A stretch of 62,279 nucleotides of DNA, taken from NCBI GenBank assembly GCA_012798315.1, contig JAAZNL010000004.1, positions 1 through 62,279 on the forward strand, written 5' to 3'. The position numbers and the translations under genes were made by a program. Below, piece after piece: positions 44,332 to 53,499 of this stretch. Origin of the DNA: a candidate division WWE3 bacterium. Lineage in GTDB: Bacteria > Patescibacteriota > WWE3 > UBA101185 > UBA10185. The notes beneath the pieces were generated by a model. The model did no database searches. It was not told where the DNA came from and worked only from the letters and a program-made list of their open reading frames with translations. Position 1 is the first letter of the stretch. Each line of letters starts with the position of its first letter.

Positions 44332-47319
44332 GTGAAAAACCCCGTAGATCAAATTATTGTCAAAGGTGCCCGTCAGCATAATCTAAAAAATGTTGATATG
44401 GAAATCCCAAAAAATAAAATGGTTGTGTTCACCGGAGTATCTGGTTCGGGTAAATCCTCGTTGGCTATGGACACAATTTATGCTGAAGGCCAAAGACGCT
44501 ATGTGGAGAGTTTATCCGCATACGCAAGACAATTCTTAGGGATAATGGATAAACCCGATGTTGATAAAATTGAAGGTTTATCTCCGGCCATAGCAATCGA
44601 TCAAAAAACGACCTCGAAAAATCCCAGATCGACAGTCGGGACAATTACAGAGGTTTACGATTATATTAGACTTTTGTACGCGCGAGTGGGGCATCCTCAT
44701 TGTCCGCAATGCGGCCGGGAGATACAACGTCAAAGCACCGACGAAATAGTAACCGGAACTTTAAGGTTAGTTGCAGAAAATCCATTATATAAAAGTGAAA
44801 AAGGAGTACGTTTTGTAGTTTTTACACCGATAATCAAAGATCGAAAAGGCGAATATTCAACTCTCTTTGAAAATCTTCGTAAGCAGGGCATATTGCGGGC
44901 AAGAGTTGACGGTGAAATGAAAAATCTTAAAGATGATTTTGATTTAATAAAAACAAATAAACACACAATTGATGGTTTAGTATCCAGACATATTGTTAAC
45001 CACAAAAAACTTCAAAATGAAGAAGAAATAAGCAATTTAAAATCCTCGTTGTTTCAATCTCTTGAAACCGGCTTACGTATGGGTAACGGAAATGTGATAG
45101 TTTCAATTGTAAAAGATAATTCATTCGATTTTCCGGAAAATCCCAAAGAGTATGAAGATCATCTATTTTCGGAAAATTTTGCATGCCCTGTATGTAATAT
45201 ATCTCTACCCGATATGGAACCCCGCACCTTTTCGTTTAACTCCCCTCACGGAGCTTGTCCAAAATGCGACGGTTTGGGCACACAATTAGAAGTAGATCCG
45301 TCATTGGTACTTAACCCAAGACTATCAGTAGATGAGGGTGGAGTTCTACCGTGGGCACGTTTATTTGATCATTACAGTTGGACTCAAAAGGTAGTAGAGG
45401 CTGTTTCAAAGTATTATCAAATAAATTTAAGTACGCCAATAGCAAGCTTACCTAAAGAACACCTGGATATTATTTTATACGGTGTAAAAGATAAAAGATT
45501 TAAGGTTACATATACAACTCAGGATAAACGTGAGCATACTTATGATGCAAATTTTGAAGGTGTGATACCAAACCTTCAACGACGCCACAAAGAAACAGAA
45601 TCGGATTATATCCGGGGAGAAATCGAGAGGTTTATGGTTTTGGAGACATGTCCTGTGTGCAACGGCTCCCGTTTAAAACCTGAAACTCTATCCGTAACTG
45701 TAGACAAACTGAACATTCATGAGTTAACAGAGATGTCGATTTTAGATACGCAAAATTGGGTAACCAATCTAAAAAATGTTTTTACTTTGCGTGAATCACA
45801 GATTGCCGAGATTATTATTAAAGAAATTAATTATAGATTACAGTTTTTAATAGATGTCGGCTTGTCTTACTTAACTCTTAGCCGATCTTCTTCCCATCTG
45901 TCAGGAGGAGAAGCGCAACGAATAAGATTAGCCTCTCAGATAGGTTCTGGCTTGTCCGGAGTGTTGTATGTTTTAGACGAACCGTCCATAGGACTTCATC
46001 AGAGAGATCAGGGTAAATTAATTAAGACCCTTCACCATTTACGCGATCTTGGCAACACTGTGTTGGTTGTTGAACATGATGCCGAGACTATGTTGGAATC
46101 AGATTATATTTTTGATTTCGGCCCTGGAGCAGGAGAACATGGCGGAACAATAATCGCGGAAGGTACTCCGGCAGAAATAATTAATAATCCAAAATCATTA
46201 ACTGGACAATATCTATCCAGAAAGTTAATTGTCGGTCAAAATTACAAAATCACAAAACCCGATTTGGATTACCTATTAGAAAAAGATGCGCGCATAAAAA
46301 CTAAAAAAGATATTGAAGGAAAATCTATTACGCTATATGGGGCGAATGGCCGCAATTTAAAAAATGTTAATTTTGAAATTCCTATGGGCAAGTTTGTATG
46401 TGTCACGGGTGTTTCAGGATCGGGTAAATCAACTCTTGTAATGGATACGCTTTACGTAGCATTACGCCAGCTTTTTGGCTTAAAAATCGAAGAAAAACCC
46501 GAGCCGTTTAAAGATTTAAAAGGATATGAGCAAATTTCAAATGTAATCGCAATTGATCAAACTCCGATCGGGCGTACACCTAAATCAAATCCTGCAACGT
46601 ATACTAAAGCTTTTGATCATATAAGAGATTTGTATTCAAAAACGCAGGAATCCAGAGTAAGAGGTTACCAATCAGGAAGATTTAGTTTTAATGTTAAAGG
46701 TGGCCGATGTGAAGCGTGCGGAGGAGAAGGTCAAATAAAAATAGAAATGCAGTTTATGCCTGACGTTTATGTGAACTGTGAGGTTTGTCAGGGAAAAAGA
46801 TACAACAGGGAAGCATTGGAAATTTATTACAAAGGAAAAAATATTGCGGATGTTCTTGATATGACAGTAGAAGAATCAGTCCGTTTTTTTGAAAACGTAC
46901 CCCAAATTAGAAATAAATTTGAAATATTAAATGAAGTCGGATTGGGGTATATCAGATTGGGTCAACCGGCCCCCACTTTATCCGGCGGCGAAGCGCAACG
47001 TGTAAAGCTGGCTCTGGAACTATCTAAACGATCTACAGGAAGCACTTTTTATATTCTGGATGAACCTACAACAGGTTTGCATTTTGCCGATCTCGAAAAT
47101 TTAATAGCCATAATAAAACGTTTGACCGCCCGGGGAAATACGGTATTGGTGATAGAACATAATCTTGATGTTATTGCCAATTCTGATTGGGTAATCGATT
47201 TAGGACCGGAAGGCGGAGAAGAAGGAGGCAAAATTTTATTTAGCGGCACTGTGCAGCAGATGATCAACGAAGGCATCAGTTATACCGCGCAAGCTTTACG
47301 CGCGCATCTCGGGCTTTAG
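44332..47319 (+). CDS. uvrA: excinuclease ABC subunit A
   Basis: It has two ABC modules (GVSGSGKSSL twice, LSGGEAQR twice) and zinc-finger Cys clusters. It uses a GTG start. Confidence 0.95.
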   Translation: MKNPVDQIIVKGARQHNLKNVDMEIPKNKMVVFTGVSGSGKSSLAMDTIYAEGQRRYVESLSAYARQFLGIMDKPDVDKIEGLSPAIAIDQKTTSKNPRSTVGTITEVYDYIRLLYARVGHPHCPQCGREIQRQSTDEIVTGTLRLVAENPLYKSEKGVRFVVFTPIIKDRKGEYSTLFENLRKQGILRARVDGEMKNLKDDFDLIKTNKHTIDGLVSRHIVNHKKLQNEEEISNLKSSLFQSLETGLRMGNGNVIVSIVKDNSFDFPENPKEYEDHLFSENFACPVCNISLPDMEPRTFSFNSPHGACPKCDGLGTQLEVDPSLVLNPRLSVDEGGVLPWARLFDHYSWTQKVVEAVSKYYQINLSTPIASLPKEHLDIILYGVKDKRFKVTYTTQDKREHTYDANFEGVIPNLQRRHKETESDYIRGEIERFMVLETCPVCNGSRLKPETLSVTVDKLNIHELTEMSILDTQNWVTNLKNVFTLRESQIAEIIIKEINYRLQFLIDVGLSYLTLSRSSSHLSGGEAQRIRLASQIGSGLSGVLYVLDEPSIGLHQRDQGKLIKTLHHLRDLGNTVLVVEHDAETMLESDYIFDFGPGAGEHGGTIIAEGTPAEIINNPKSLTGQYLSRKLIVGQNYKITKPDLDYLLEKDARIKTKKDIEGKSITLYGANGRNLKNVNFEIPMGKFVCVTGVSGSGKSTLVMDTLYVALRQLFGLKIEEKPEPFKDLKGYEQISNVIAIDQTPIGRTPKSNPATYTKAFDHIRDLYSKTQESRVRGYQSGRFSFNVKGGRCEACGGEGQIKIEMQFMPDVYVNCEVCQGKRYNREALEIYYKGKNIADVLDMTVEESVRFFENVPQIRNKFEILNEVGLGYIRLGQPAPTLSGGEAQRVKLALELSKRSTGSTFYILDEPTTGLHFADLENLIAIIKRLTARGNTVLVIEHNLDVIANSDWVIDLGPEGGEEGGKILFSGTVQQMINEGISYTAQALRAHLGL

Positions 47320-49031
47320 TTAATCGGGTATTCTTTAAGTTGGGCGCTAAAATCGGAAAGTTGTATGGTTTTTGATTGTTGCGGCAAATATATTGTATTT
47401 GTGTCATTAGGGGCTATAGCCTTGCCGTTCTTTAAATATATAAAAACATCTCCTGTGTTCTTAATAGAGTATTTGGTTTGTTTTTTTATCCATGCAATAG
47501 GATTAAACGATAATTTCCTTTCCATTTCGAACTCAGGACTAAATTCGACCAACGAGGTGGTTTCAGGAAACTCTACTTCTACAAGTTTTTTATCTTGATC
47601 GTATCTGTATTCACCCGCAGACATCGGATACTCCGAATCAGTTCCTCTGATAACAAATACAAAATGGTTTGTGTCCAATTTTGTAAAGTAATCTATTCCA
47701 GATGTACTTCCCCATGTTGGATCTATTTGAACCCAGCCGAAAGCAGGATCGTAAAATTCAGGCCAGGCATGCAGACGATCTCCACCGTTTAGAATAACAG
47801 ATAAAGGTTTGTTTTCTTCATCTTTTGTTAATGCGTACCCGTTTAGTTGTCTTGCTGGTATGCCCATGGCTCTCGCCACGGTTATAAACAAATCTGTAAA
47901 TTCCATACAACCCCAGCTGTTTTTATCTAATAATGCTTTTTCAGCCCCCTTTCTATCAAGGCCCTTTTTTTCCTGAATACTAAAGTCGTAATGGTAATTT
48001 TCGAGAATATAGTCATATATTTTGAGTGCATTTTGGGCGACCGTTAGATTTTCGTCTTTCAGGTTTGTCACGAGCGATTTTATTGATTCTGAGTTAATAT
48101 CCCAATATTTGCTTTCCTGTGTATATATTTTTAATTTAGATGGAATGTCTCTAAAAATTCCGCCGTTAGAAGGTTCAATTTGTCTGCCGGAAATTCTGGC
48201 ATTACCGATTAGTTCTACTTCCATTTTAGCTTTACTTTTTAATTCATAGGTTGCCACAGTGTTGCCCTGATCATCCACTTTAATTTTTTTGGGCTCCGGT
48301 TTTATTGAAATATACTTGATTTGTTGCAGGCCTTGTATTTCAGGGGGAAACGCAACTTCGTACGAAGACTTAAAAAAATTATCGTTTTGCAGTTGGTAGA
48401 GTAATCTGAAATTAATTTGTTGGTATGTACCATACGAGGCTGTTATACCGTTTTTAACTATTTTTTCTTTTCCGAAAAATAAAACTGTATTTTTACCTTG
48501 TTTCTCTTCTTTATCCGGCAATGGAGATATATACAGCTTCGGGCCTAAATCTTCAGGAACAATCAGAGTTGTGTTGTAATCATCTTTTTCTGATTTTTCG
48601 CCTATACGGGGAATATTAATGTTCCATATATTTCCGATTTTCGTTGCAGTTTTTTTTGACGTATAGCTGATTTTTAAATCGTTCTTTTTATCTTGGCCTA
48701 TCACAAAGTCACCAAAACGCGCGGTAAGTTTAGTAATACCATCTTCATTTGTTTTCGCGACTTCTACTTTACGTCCTTTACTTTTTCCTGACACATCTGA
48801 AACGTCTTCCTTAAGTTCAATGCTGTAGCTGGATACTATTAAATCGCTTTTTAAATTTGTGATAGTAATATCATGTTCCACGTTTGTGGTACCGTCGCTT
48901 TGTATGGTATACGTAACGTTAGAATTCGTTTGAAATTTATCAAAAGCATCTTCCTGGCCAAATACAGGCAAAGGCAAAACAACTGTCAATAACAGAGTTA
49001 GCAAAAATACATAACCGTAAATCTTTTTCAT
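47316..49031 (-). CDS. secreted transglutaminase-like domain protein
   Basis: It has a signal peptide (MKKIYGYVFLLTLLLTVVLPLPVFGQ). A C-terminal transglutaminase core carries the Cys (WGCMEFTDLF), His (HAWPEFY) and Asp (WVQIDPTW) residues. Confidence 0.8.
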   Translation of the reverse strand: MKKIYGYVFLLTLLLTVVLPLPVFGQEDAFDKFQTNSNVTYTIQSDGTTNVEHDITITNLKSDLIVSSYSIELKEDVSDVSGKSKGRKVEVAKTNEDGITKLTARFGDFVIGQDKKNDLKISYTSKKTATKIGNIWNINIPRIGEKSEKDDYNTTLIVPEDLGPKLYISPLPDKEEKQGKNTVLFFGKEKIVKNGITASYGTYQQINFRLLYQLQNDNFFKSSYEVAFPPEIQGLQQIKYISIKPEPKKIKVDDQGNTVATYELKSKAKMEVELIGNARISGRQIEPSNGGIFRDIPSKLKIYTQESKYWDINSESIKSLVTNLKDENLTVAQNALKIYDYILENYHYDFSIQEKKGLDRKGAEKALLDKNSWGCMEFTDLFITVARAMGIPARQLNGYALTKDEENKPLSVILNGGDRLHAWPEFYDPAFGWVQIDPTWGSTSGIDYFTKLDTNHFVFVIRGTDSEYPMSAGEYRYDQDKKLVEVEFPETTSLVEFSPEFEMERKLSFNPIAWIKKQTKYSIKNTGDVFIYLKNGKAIAPNDTNTIYLPQQSKTIQLSDFSAQLKEYPIN

Positions 49032-49074
49032 GCATCTATTTTACAGGATTCTGCTTTTGACGATAATTAAGCAT

Positions 49075-50421
49075 ATGACCGTTAAGGAAAAAGTTAGGGC
49101 ATTACCTTTGGAACCCGGTGTCTACTTATTTAAAGATATAAAGGGAACCGTGATCTATGTGGGTAAGGCAAAACAATTAAAGAACAGGGTATCGTCGTAC
49201 TTTCAATCTGGTATTTTGCCCGGTACCAAAACATATGCTCTCGTCAGCAGAATAGCTGATATGGAACATATTCAAGTAGAGAGTGAGTTGGAGGCGTTAA
49301 TTCTTGAATCTGATTTAATAAAAAAATACAGACCTCATTACAACATTATCCAAAAAGACGACAGAACGTATTTATATATAGTTATCCGACCGGTTCACAT
49401 AACTACTTCCGGAGGTGAAGCTACCATTTGGTCGGTATTTACCGCCAGAGAAACGGATTTAAAAGCCCGGGATGTTATTTATGGTCCTTATCCTGACGGA
49501 GGCACCGCAAAAGAAATTCTACGAAAACTACGACCTATATTTCAATTTAAAGACTGCAGTGAAACAAAATTTAGCAGATTTAAAAAAATGGGCAGACCGT
49601 GTCTATACGGTCATTTAAATTTGTGTACAGCCCCGTGTATATACAATGAACCCAAAGATATTGCCATCTATACCAAAAATATAAAAAACTTAAAAGCGGT
49701 ACTTTCCGGAAAAAGTAAAAATTTATTAAACCAATTTAAAAAAGGAATGGACAAAGCTTCTAAGGCACAACGATATGAAGACGCAATATATTACCGTGAC
49801 ATGATGGAAAAATACAAGTATGTGAGCAGCAAGTTTAGATCGTCAGAAAAATATATACTAAATCCTTATCTAATCGATGATTTAGCCGAAAAAGCTCTTA
49901 AAAACATTACTTTAATGATTCCAATACTTAAATCAGTTCCTAAACGTATTGAGTGCTACGACATTTCAAATGTTTCCGGTAAAGAAGCAGTCGGCTCAAT
50001 GGTTGTAGCTGTTGACGGAAAAGTAAATAAGCGCGAATACAAACGTTTTAAAATTAAACGCAAAGACAGTCCGAATGATTTTTTTATGATGCAGGAAGTT
50101 TTGGAACGCCGTTTACTTCACTCTATTCCTGACACAAAAAAAGTGCCATGGCCAGTGCCCGATTTGCTGGTAATAGACGGGGGAAAAGGACAGGTTAGCG
50201 CTGTCTTAAAAGTTGTTAAAAATCTTAATTTAGATATTCCGGTTGTTGGATTAGCAAAACGTTTTGAGAGTTTAGTGTATAAAACACAAGAGAGCTATGT
50301 TATAGCATCGTTTCCTAAAGACACAGAAGGAATGAAGCTGATTATAAGATTAAGAGATGAAGCGCACCGATTCGCGCAGGCTTACCATCATATGCTTAGG
50401 GCAAAAAAGTTTATAGACTAG
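49075..50421 (+). CDS. uvrC: excinuclease ABC subunit C, short form lacking the C-terminal (HhH)2 domain
   Basis: It has a GIY-YIG domain (GVYLFKD...VIYVGKAKQLKNRVSSYF), a UVR domain (ASKAQRYEDAIYYRDMMEKY) and an RNase H-like endonuclease domain (ECYDISN...LVIDGGKGQ...GLAKR...RDEAHRFA). The ORF stops about 15 aa after that last block. Confidence 0.88.
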   Translation: MTVKEKVRALPLEPGVYLFKDIKGTVIYVGKAKQLKNRVSSYFQSGILPGTKTYALVSRIADMEHIQVESELEALILESDLIKKYRPHYNIIQKDDRTYLYIVIRPVHITTSGGEATIWSVFTARETDLKARDVIYGPYPDGGTAKEILRKLRPIFQFKDCSETKFSRFKKMGRPCLYGHLNLCTAPCIYNEPKDIAIYTKNIKNLKAVLSGKSKNLLNQFKKGMDKASKAQRYEDAIYYRDMMEKYKYVSSKFRSSEKYILNPYLIDDLAEKALKNITLMIPILKSVPKRIECYDISNVSGKEAVGSMVVAVDGKVNKREYKRFKIKRKDSPNDFFMMQEVLERRLLHSIPDTKKVPWPVPDLLVIDGGKGQVSAVLKVVKNLNLDIPVVGLAKRFESLVYKTQESYVIASFPKDTEGMKLIIRLRDEAHRFAQAYHHMLRAKKFID

Positions 50422-50438
50422 TATAATCTAAGTACGAT

Positions 50439-50849
50439 ATGAAACATTTATTACGGGTCTTTACTTTTGTTCTTATAGCAGTGTTTTCCGCCGAAATGCT
50501 GTTACCTTTTTTTTCTTTCGGTAAAGATCCAAAAACAATGTATTTGTTTATTGTTTTGTTATTTTTGTTATTTAACTTTAAAAAGCCGATACTTAAAACT
50601 ATAGCTTTGCCGGACGATGGTCTTCTTTATCTGTTCATTAGTTTTGTGCTAACTTTGATAGTTATTAACGTTTACTCAATGTTTTTTTCGTATTTTCACA
50701 TTGAGCCTGTTACCACTCCGAATTTGCTAATTTTGGGCGTTGTGCTAACATCTTACAATCTTAGCAAGCTTTGGTCAGGTGCTCTGGCGGCCTTGTTAAT
50801 AAGCTTAATTTATAATTATTTAGATTGGGTTAGTAGAAGAAAAAAATAG
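50439..50849 (+). CDS. small integral membrane protein (4 TM; possibly DUF360/YvlD-like)
   Basis: 136 aa with four hydrophobic segments. The family call is tentative. Confidence 0.35.
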   Translation: MKHLLRVFTFVLIAVFSAEMLLPFFSFGKDPKTMYLFIVLLFLLFNFKKPILKTIALPDDGLLYLFISFVLTLIVINVYSMFFSYFHIEPVTTPNLLILGVVLTSYNLSKLWSGALAALLISLIYNYLDWVSRRKK

Positions 50850-50852
50850 ATT

Positions 50853-51074
50853 ATGAATCCGGTATTTTTAAAAGTTTCTCAAATTATATTGACGATATTA
50901 ATGATTATATTGGTAGAAATACAGGCTAAAGGAAAAGGATTGGCCAGCGGAATCGGGGGAAATTTCACTTTTTACAGATCAAAACGAGGCGTAGAACGCT
51001 TTATTTTTGTATTGACCGTAGTAGTCACGGTGCTTCTGGTTGTAAACTCCCTGCTGCTTGTAATAAACGGATAA
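50853..51074 (+). CDS. secG: preprotein translocase subunit SecG
   Basis: 73 aa with two transmembrane helices flanking a Gly-rich loop (QAKGKGLASGIGGNFTFYRSKRG), which fits the SecG pattern. Confidence 0.65.
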   Translation: MNPVFLKVSQIILTILMIILVEIQAKGKGLASGIGGNFTFYRSKRGVERFIFVLTVVVTVLLVVNSLLLVING

Positions 51075-51075
51075 T

Positions 51076-52398
51076 ATGTCAGATATTACAATTGAAGGCA
51101 ATATTCCTCTCCACGGAGAGGTTACAATAAACGGGGCCAAAAATTCAGCTATAAAACTGATGTTTGCTTCTATGTTTTCCAACGAGGATATTATTTTGGA
51201 AAATGTTCCCAATACGTACGCAATAAACGGTGATATTGAAATAATAAAAAGTATTGGCGGCACGGCCGAATGGATTGGCCATAACCGTCTGTTACTTAAC
51301 GGTTCGAAAATTAACTCTTACGAAATTCCATTCGAGGTAGGATCCCGTTTCAGAACCACTTTACTGCTAGCAGGCCCGTTGCTTTTTAGGTTCGGCAGAG
51401 CCAGCCTGCCTAGATTAGGATTAACTTCATATAGGCCGAGTCCGATAAACAGAATAATTAACGTTTGGGAATCCCTGGGAATTACGGTTGAAGTATCCGA
51501 TTCATTTATAAATTTAAAGGCAGACAAACTACATCCCGGAAATATTAGTTTTAGAACAACCAGTCATATGGGTACGGATAATGCGATCATTTGCAGTATT
51601 TTTATGGAAGGCGATACCATAATAAATAATTGCTCCGAGGAACCGGAAATTGAGGATTTATTGGGGTTTTGTGAATTACTTGGCGCAAAAATTACAAGAT
51701 TAGAACCCAGAAAAATTAAAATTACCGGTACAAAAATATTCAGGGGAGGAAATTTTACTGTACAGTCGGACAAAATAGAGCCTGTCATATTTGCATCAGC
51801 AGCTTTAATGACCAACGGAAATATAATCCTCAAAAAAATATATCGTGAGTCTATGGTTCAGTTTGTAAATTTCCTAACAAAAATAGGGGCAAACTACGAA
51901 TTGCAAGGAGAAGAACTAAAGATATGGCGTAATGGAGGAACATTTAATCCGGCGAATATTACAGTTGTTCCCAGCCCGGGATTTATTCCGGATTGGCAAC
52001 CTTACGCTACTCTTTTACTTACTCAGGCCAATGGACTTAGTACAGTGCATGATACAGTTTATGTTGATAGATTCGAATATGTTCAGGATTTAAACAGAAT
52101 GGGGGCGGATATAGAATTAGTTAAACCTTCCTCAATGGGTGTAATTCCTATTTTAAGCGATGATTCGTATGATTTTGAAGTACAAGGGGAACCTTTGACA
52201 TTAGCAAAGATCACGGGTCCATCTCAGTTAAAAGGAAGAAAAATTCAAATTACCGACACTCGCATTACTCCGTATTTTTTAGTTACCGCTGTTTCCGCAG
52301 AAGGAAAAACGGAAATTGTAGATTATGATAATCGTTTTGAAGGTTATGAAGATTTAATAGGTCGATTGGAAAATTTGGGGGCTAGGATCTATAGTTAA
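51076..52398 (+). CDS. murA: UDP-N-acetylglucosamine 1-carboxyvinyltransferase-like enolpyruvyl transferase (MurA homolog with a divergent catalytic loop)
   Basis: It aligns with E. coli MurA throughout: GEVTINGAKNSA (Lys22 context), FRTT (Arg91), IPDWQ (Asp305), VDRF and TDTR (Arg397). The loop LPRLGLTSYRPSPINR replaces LPGGCTIGARPVDLH. Confidence 0.8.
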   Translation: MSDITIEGNIPLHGEVTINGAKNSAIKLMFASMFSNEDIILENVPNTYAINGDIEIIKSIGGTAEWIGHNRLLLNGSKINSYEIPFEVGSRFRTTLLLAGPLLFRFGRASLPRLGLTSYRPSPINRIINVWESLGITVEVSDSFINLKADKLHPGNISFRTTSHMGTDNAIICSIFMEGDTIINNCSEEPEIEDLLGFCELLGAKITRLEPRKIKITGTKIFRGGNFTVQSDKIEPVIFASAALMTNGNIILKKIYRESMVQFVNFLTKIGANYELQGEELKIWRNGGTFNPANITVVPSPGFIPDWQPYATLLLTQANGLSTVHDTVYVDRFEYVQDLNRMGADIELVKPSSMGVIPILSDDSYDFEVQGEPLTLAKITGPSQLKGRKIQITDTRITPYFLVTAVSAEGKTEIVDYDNRFEGYEDLIGRLENLGARIYS

Positions 52399-52401
52399 CT
52401 T

Positions 52402-53490
52402 ATGAGTGATATTGGTATTATTTACGACTTTCTTTTGCTTTTCCTCTCTTTTGCTATTTCATTCGCGTTATATCCATTTTGGATTAGTTTTGTGTACAAA
52501 TATCAGCTCGGAGAGGTAAGCCGTGTGCATGAATCGAAGCAAGGGACTCCTACAATGGGAGGGTTTGTTTTTGTGCTGACTATAGCTTTGGTTACTATTC
52601 TTTTCAACAATTCCCGAACACAAACACTTTTGCCTTTATTTATTGCTACAACAACAGGATTACTTGGACTGTGGGAGGATTTACTAAAGGTATTTTATAA
52701 ATCAGGATTGGCGAATGTTTTTGACTCCAAAAAAATCCGTAACCCGTTTTTGAGGTTTTTTAATAAAGTAACCATACCTTTGTTTATCACATTACCTTGG
52801 AGGTTTTTCCGTGAATTTTCCAGGGTTGTTGGTAGCAGTGCGGGAACGGGAATAGAAACATATAAAAAATTTGTTATACAAGGGATGATTGCAGGCTTTA
52901 TGGCATATTGGACTTACTTTAAACTAGGCTGGGATTATATATGGTTTCCTTTGGTAGGAAATATTCATTTTAGTTATTTGTATCCGGTTATAATATTTCT
53001 ATTTTTTATAGTAGTTTTAAATTCGGTAGCATTTACAGACGGATTGGACGGACTAGCGGGGGGTTTGGGCATCATAGCCTTTTTGGCCTTTTGGGTTATT
53101 GCCCGGATGCTTGGTTACAACATGATCGCAGCCTTCTGTTCATCGTTTGTGGGTGTTTTGCTACCGTTCTTATATTTTAATGTTTTTCCAGCCCGTGTAT
53201 TTATGGGAAATGTGGGTTCCCACGTGCTTGGTGCAGTGTTGGCTTCACTGGCTGTTTTAATGCACAGAGAAGTCGCGTTTTTATTTATTGGTGCCGTATT
53301 TCTTGTCGATGGGATTTCCAGCCCCCTTCAACAGATATCCGTAAAACTGACTCACAAACGATTATTTAGAATGGCTCCTTTGCATCATCATTTTGAAAAA
53401 TTAGAATGGCCCGAATCGAAAGTTACAATGCGTATGTGGCTATTTGGAGCCTTTTTCGCTTTTATTGGAATATTCTTAGCATTGTTGTAA
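52402..53490 (+). CDS. mraY: phospho-N-acetylmuramoyl-pentapeptide transferase
   Basis: Motifs PTMGG, NSVAFTDGLDGLAGG, FMGNVGSHVLGA and APLHHHFE match MraY. Confidence 0.92.
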   Translation: MSDIGIIYDFLLLFLSFAISFALYPFWISFVYKYQLGEVSRVHESKQGTPTMGGFVFVLTIALVTILFNNSRTQTLLPLFIATTTGLLGLWEDLLKVFYKSGLANVFDSKKIRNPFLRFFNKVTIPLFITLPWRFFREFSRVVGSSAGTGIETYKKFVIQGMIAGFMAYWTYFKLGWDYIWFPLVGNIHFSYLYPVIIFLFFIVVLNSVAFTDGLDGLAGGLGIIAFLAFWVIARMLGYNMIAAFCSSFVGVLLPFLYFNVFPARVFMGNVGSHVLGAVLASLAVLMHREVAFLFIGAVFLVDGISSPLQQISVKLTHKRLFRMAPLHHHFEKLEWPESKVTMRMWLFGAFFAFIGIFLALL

Positions 53491-53499
53491 ATTTTTATT

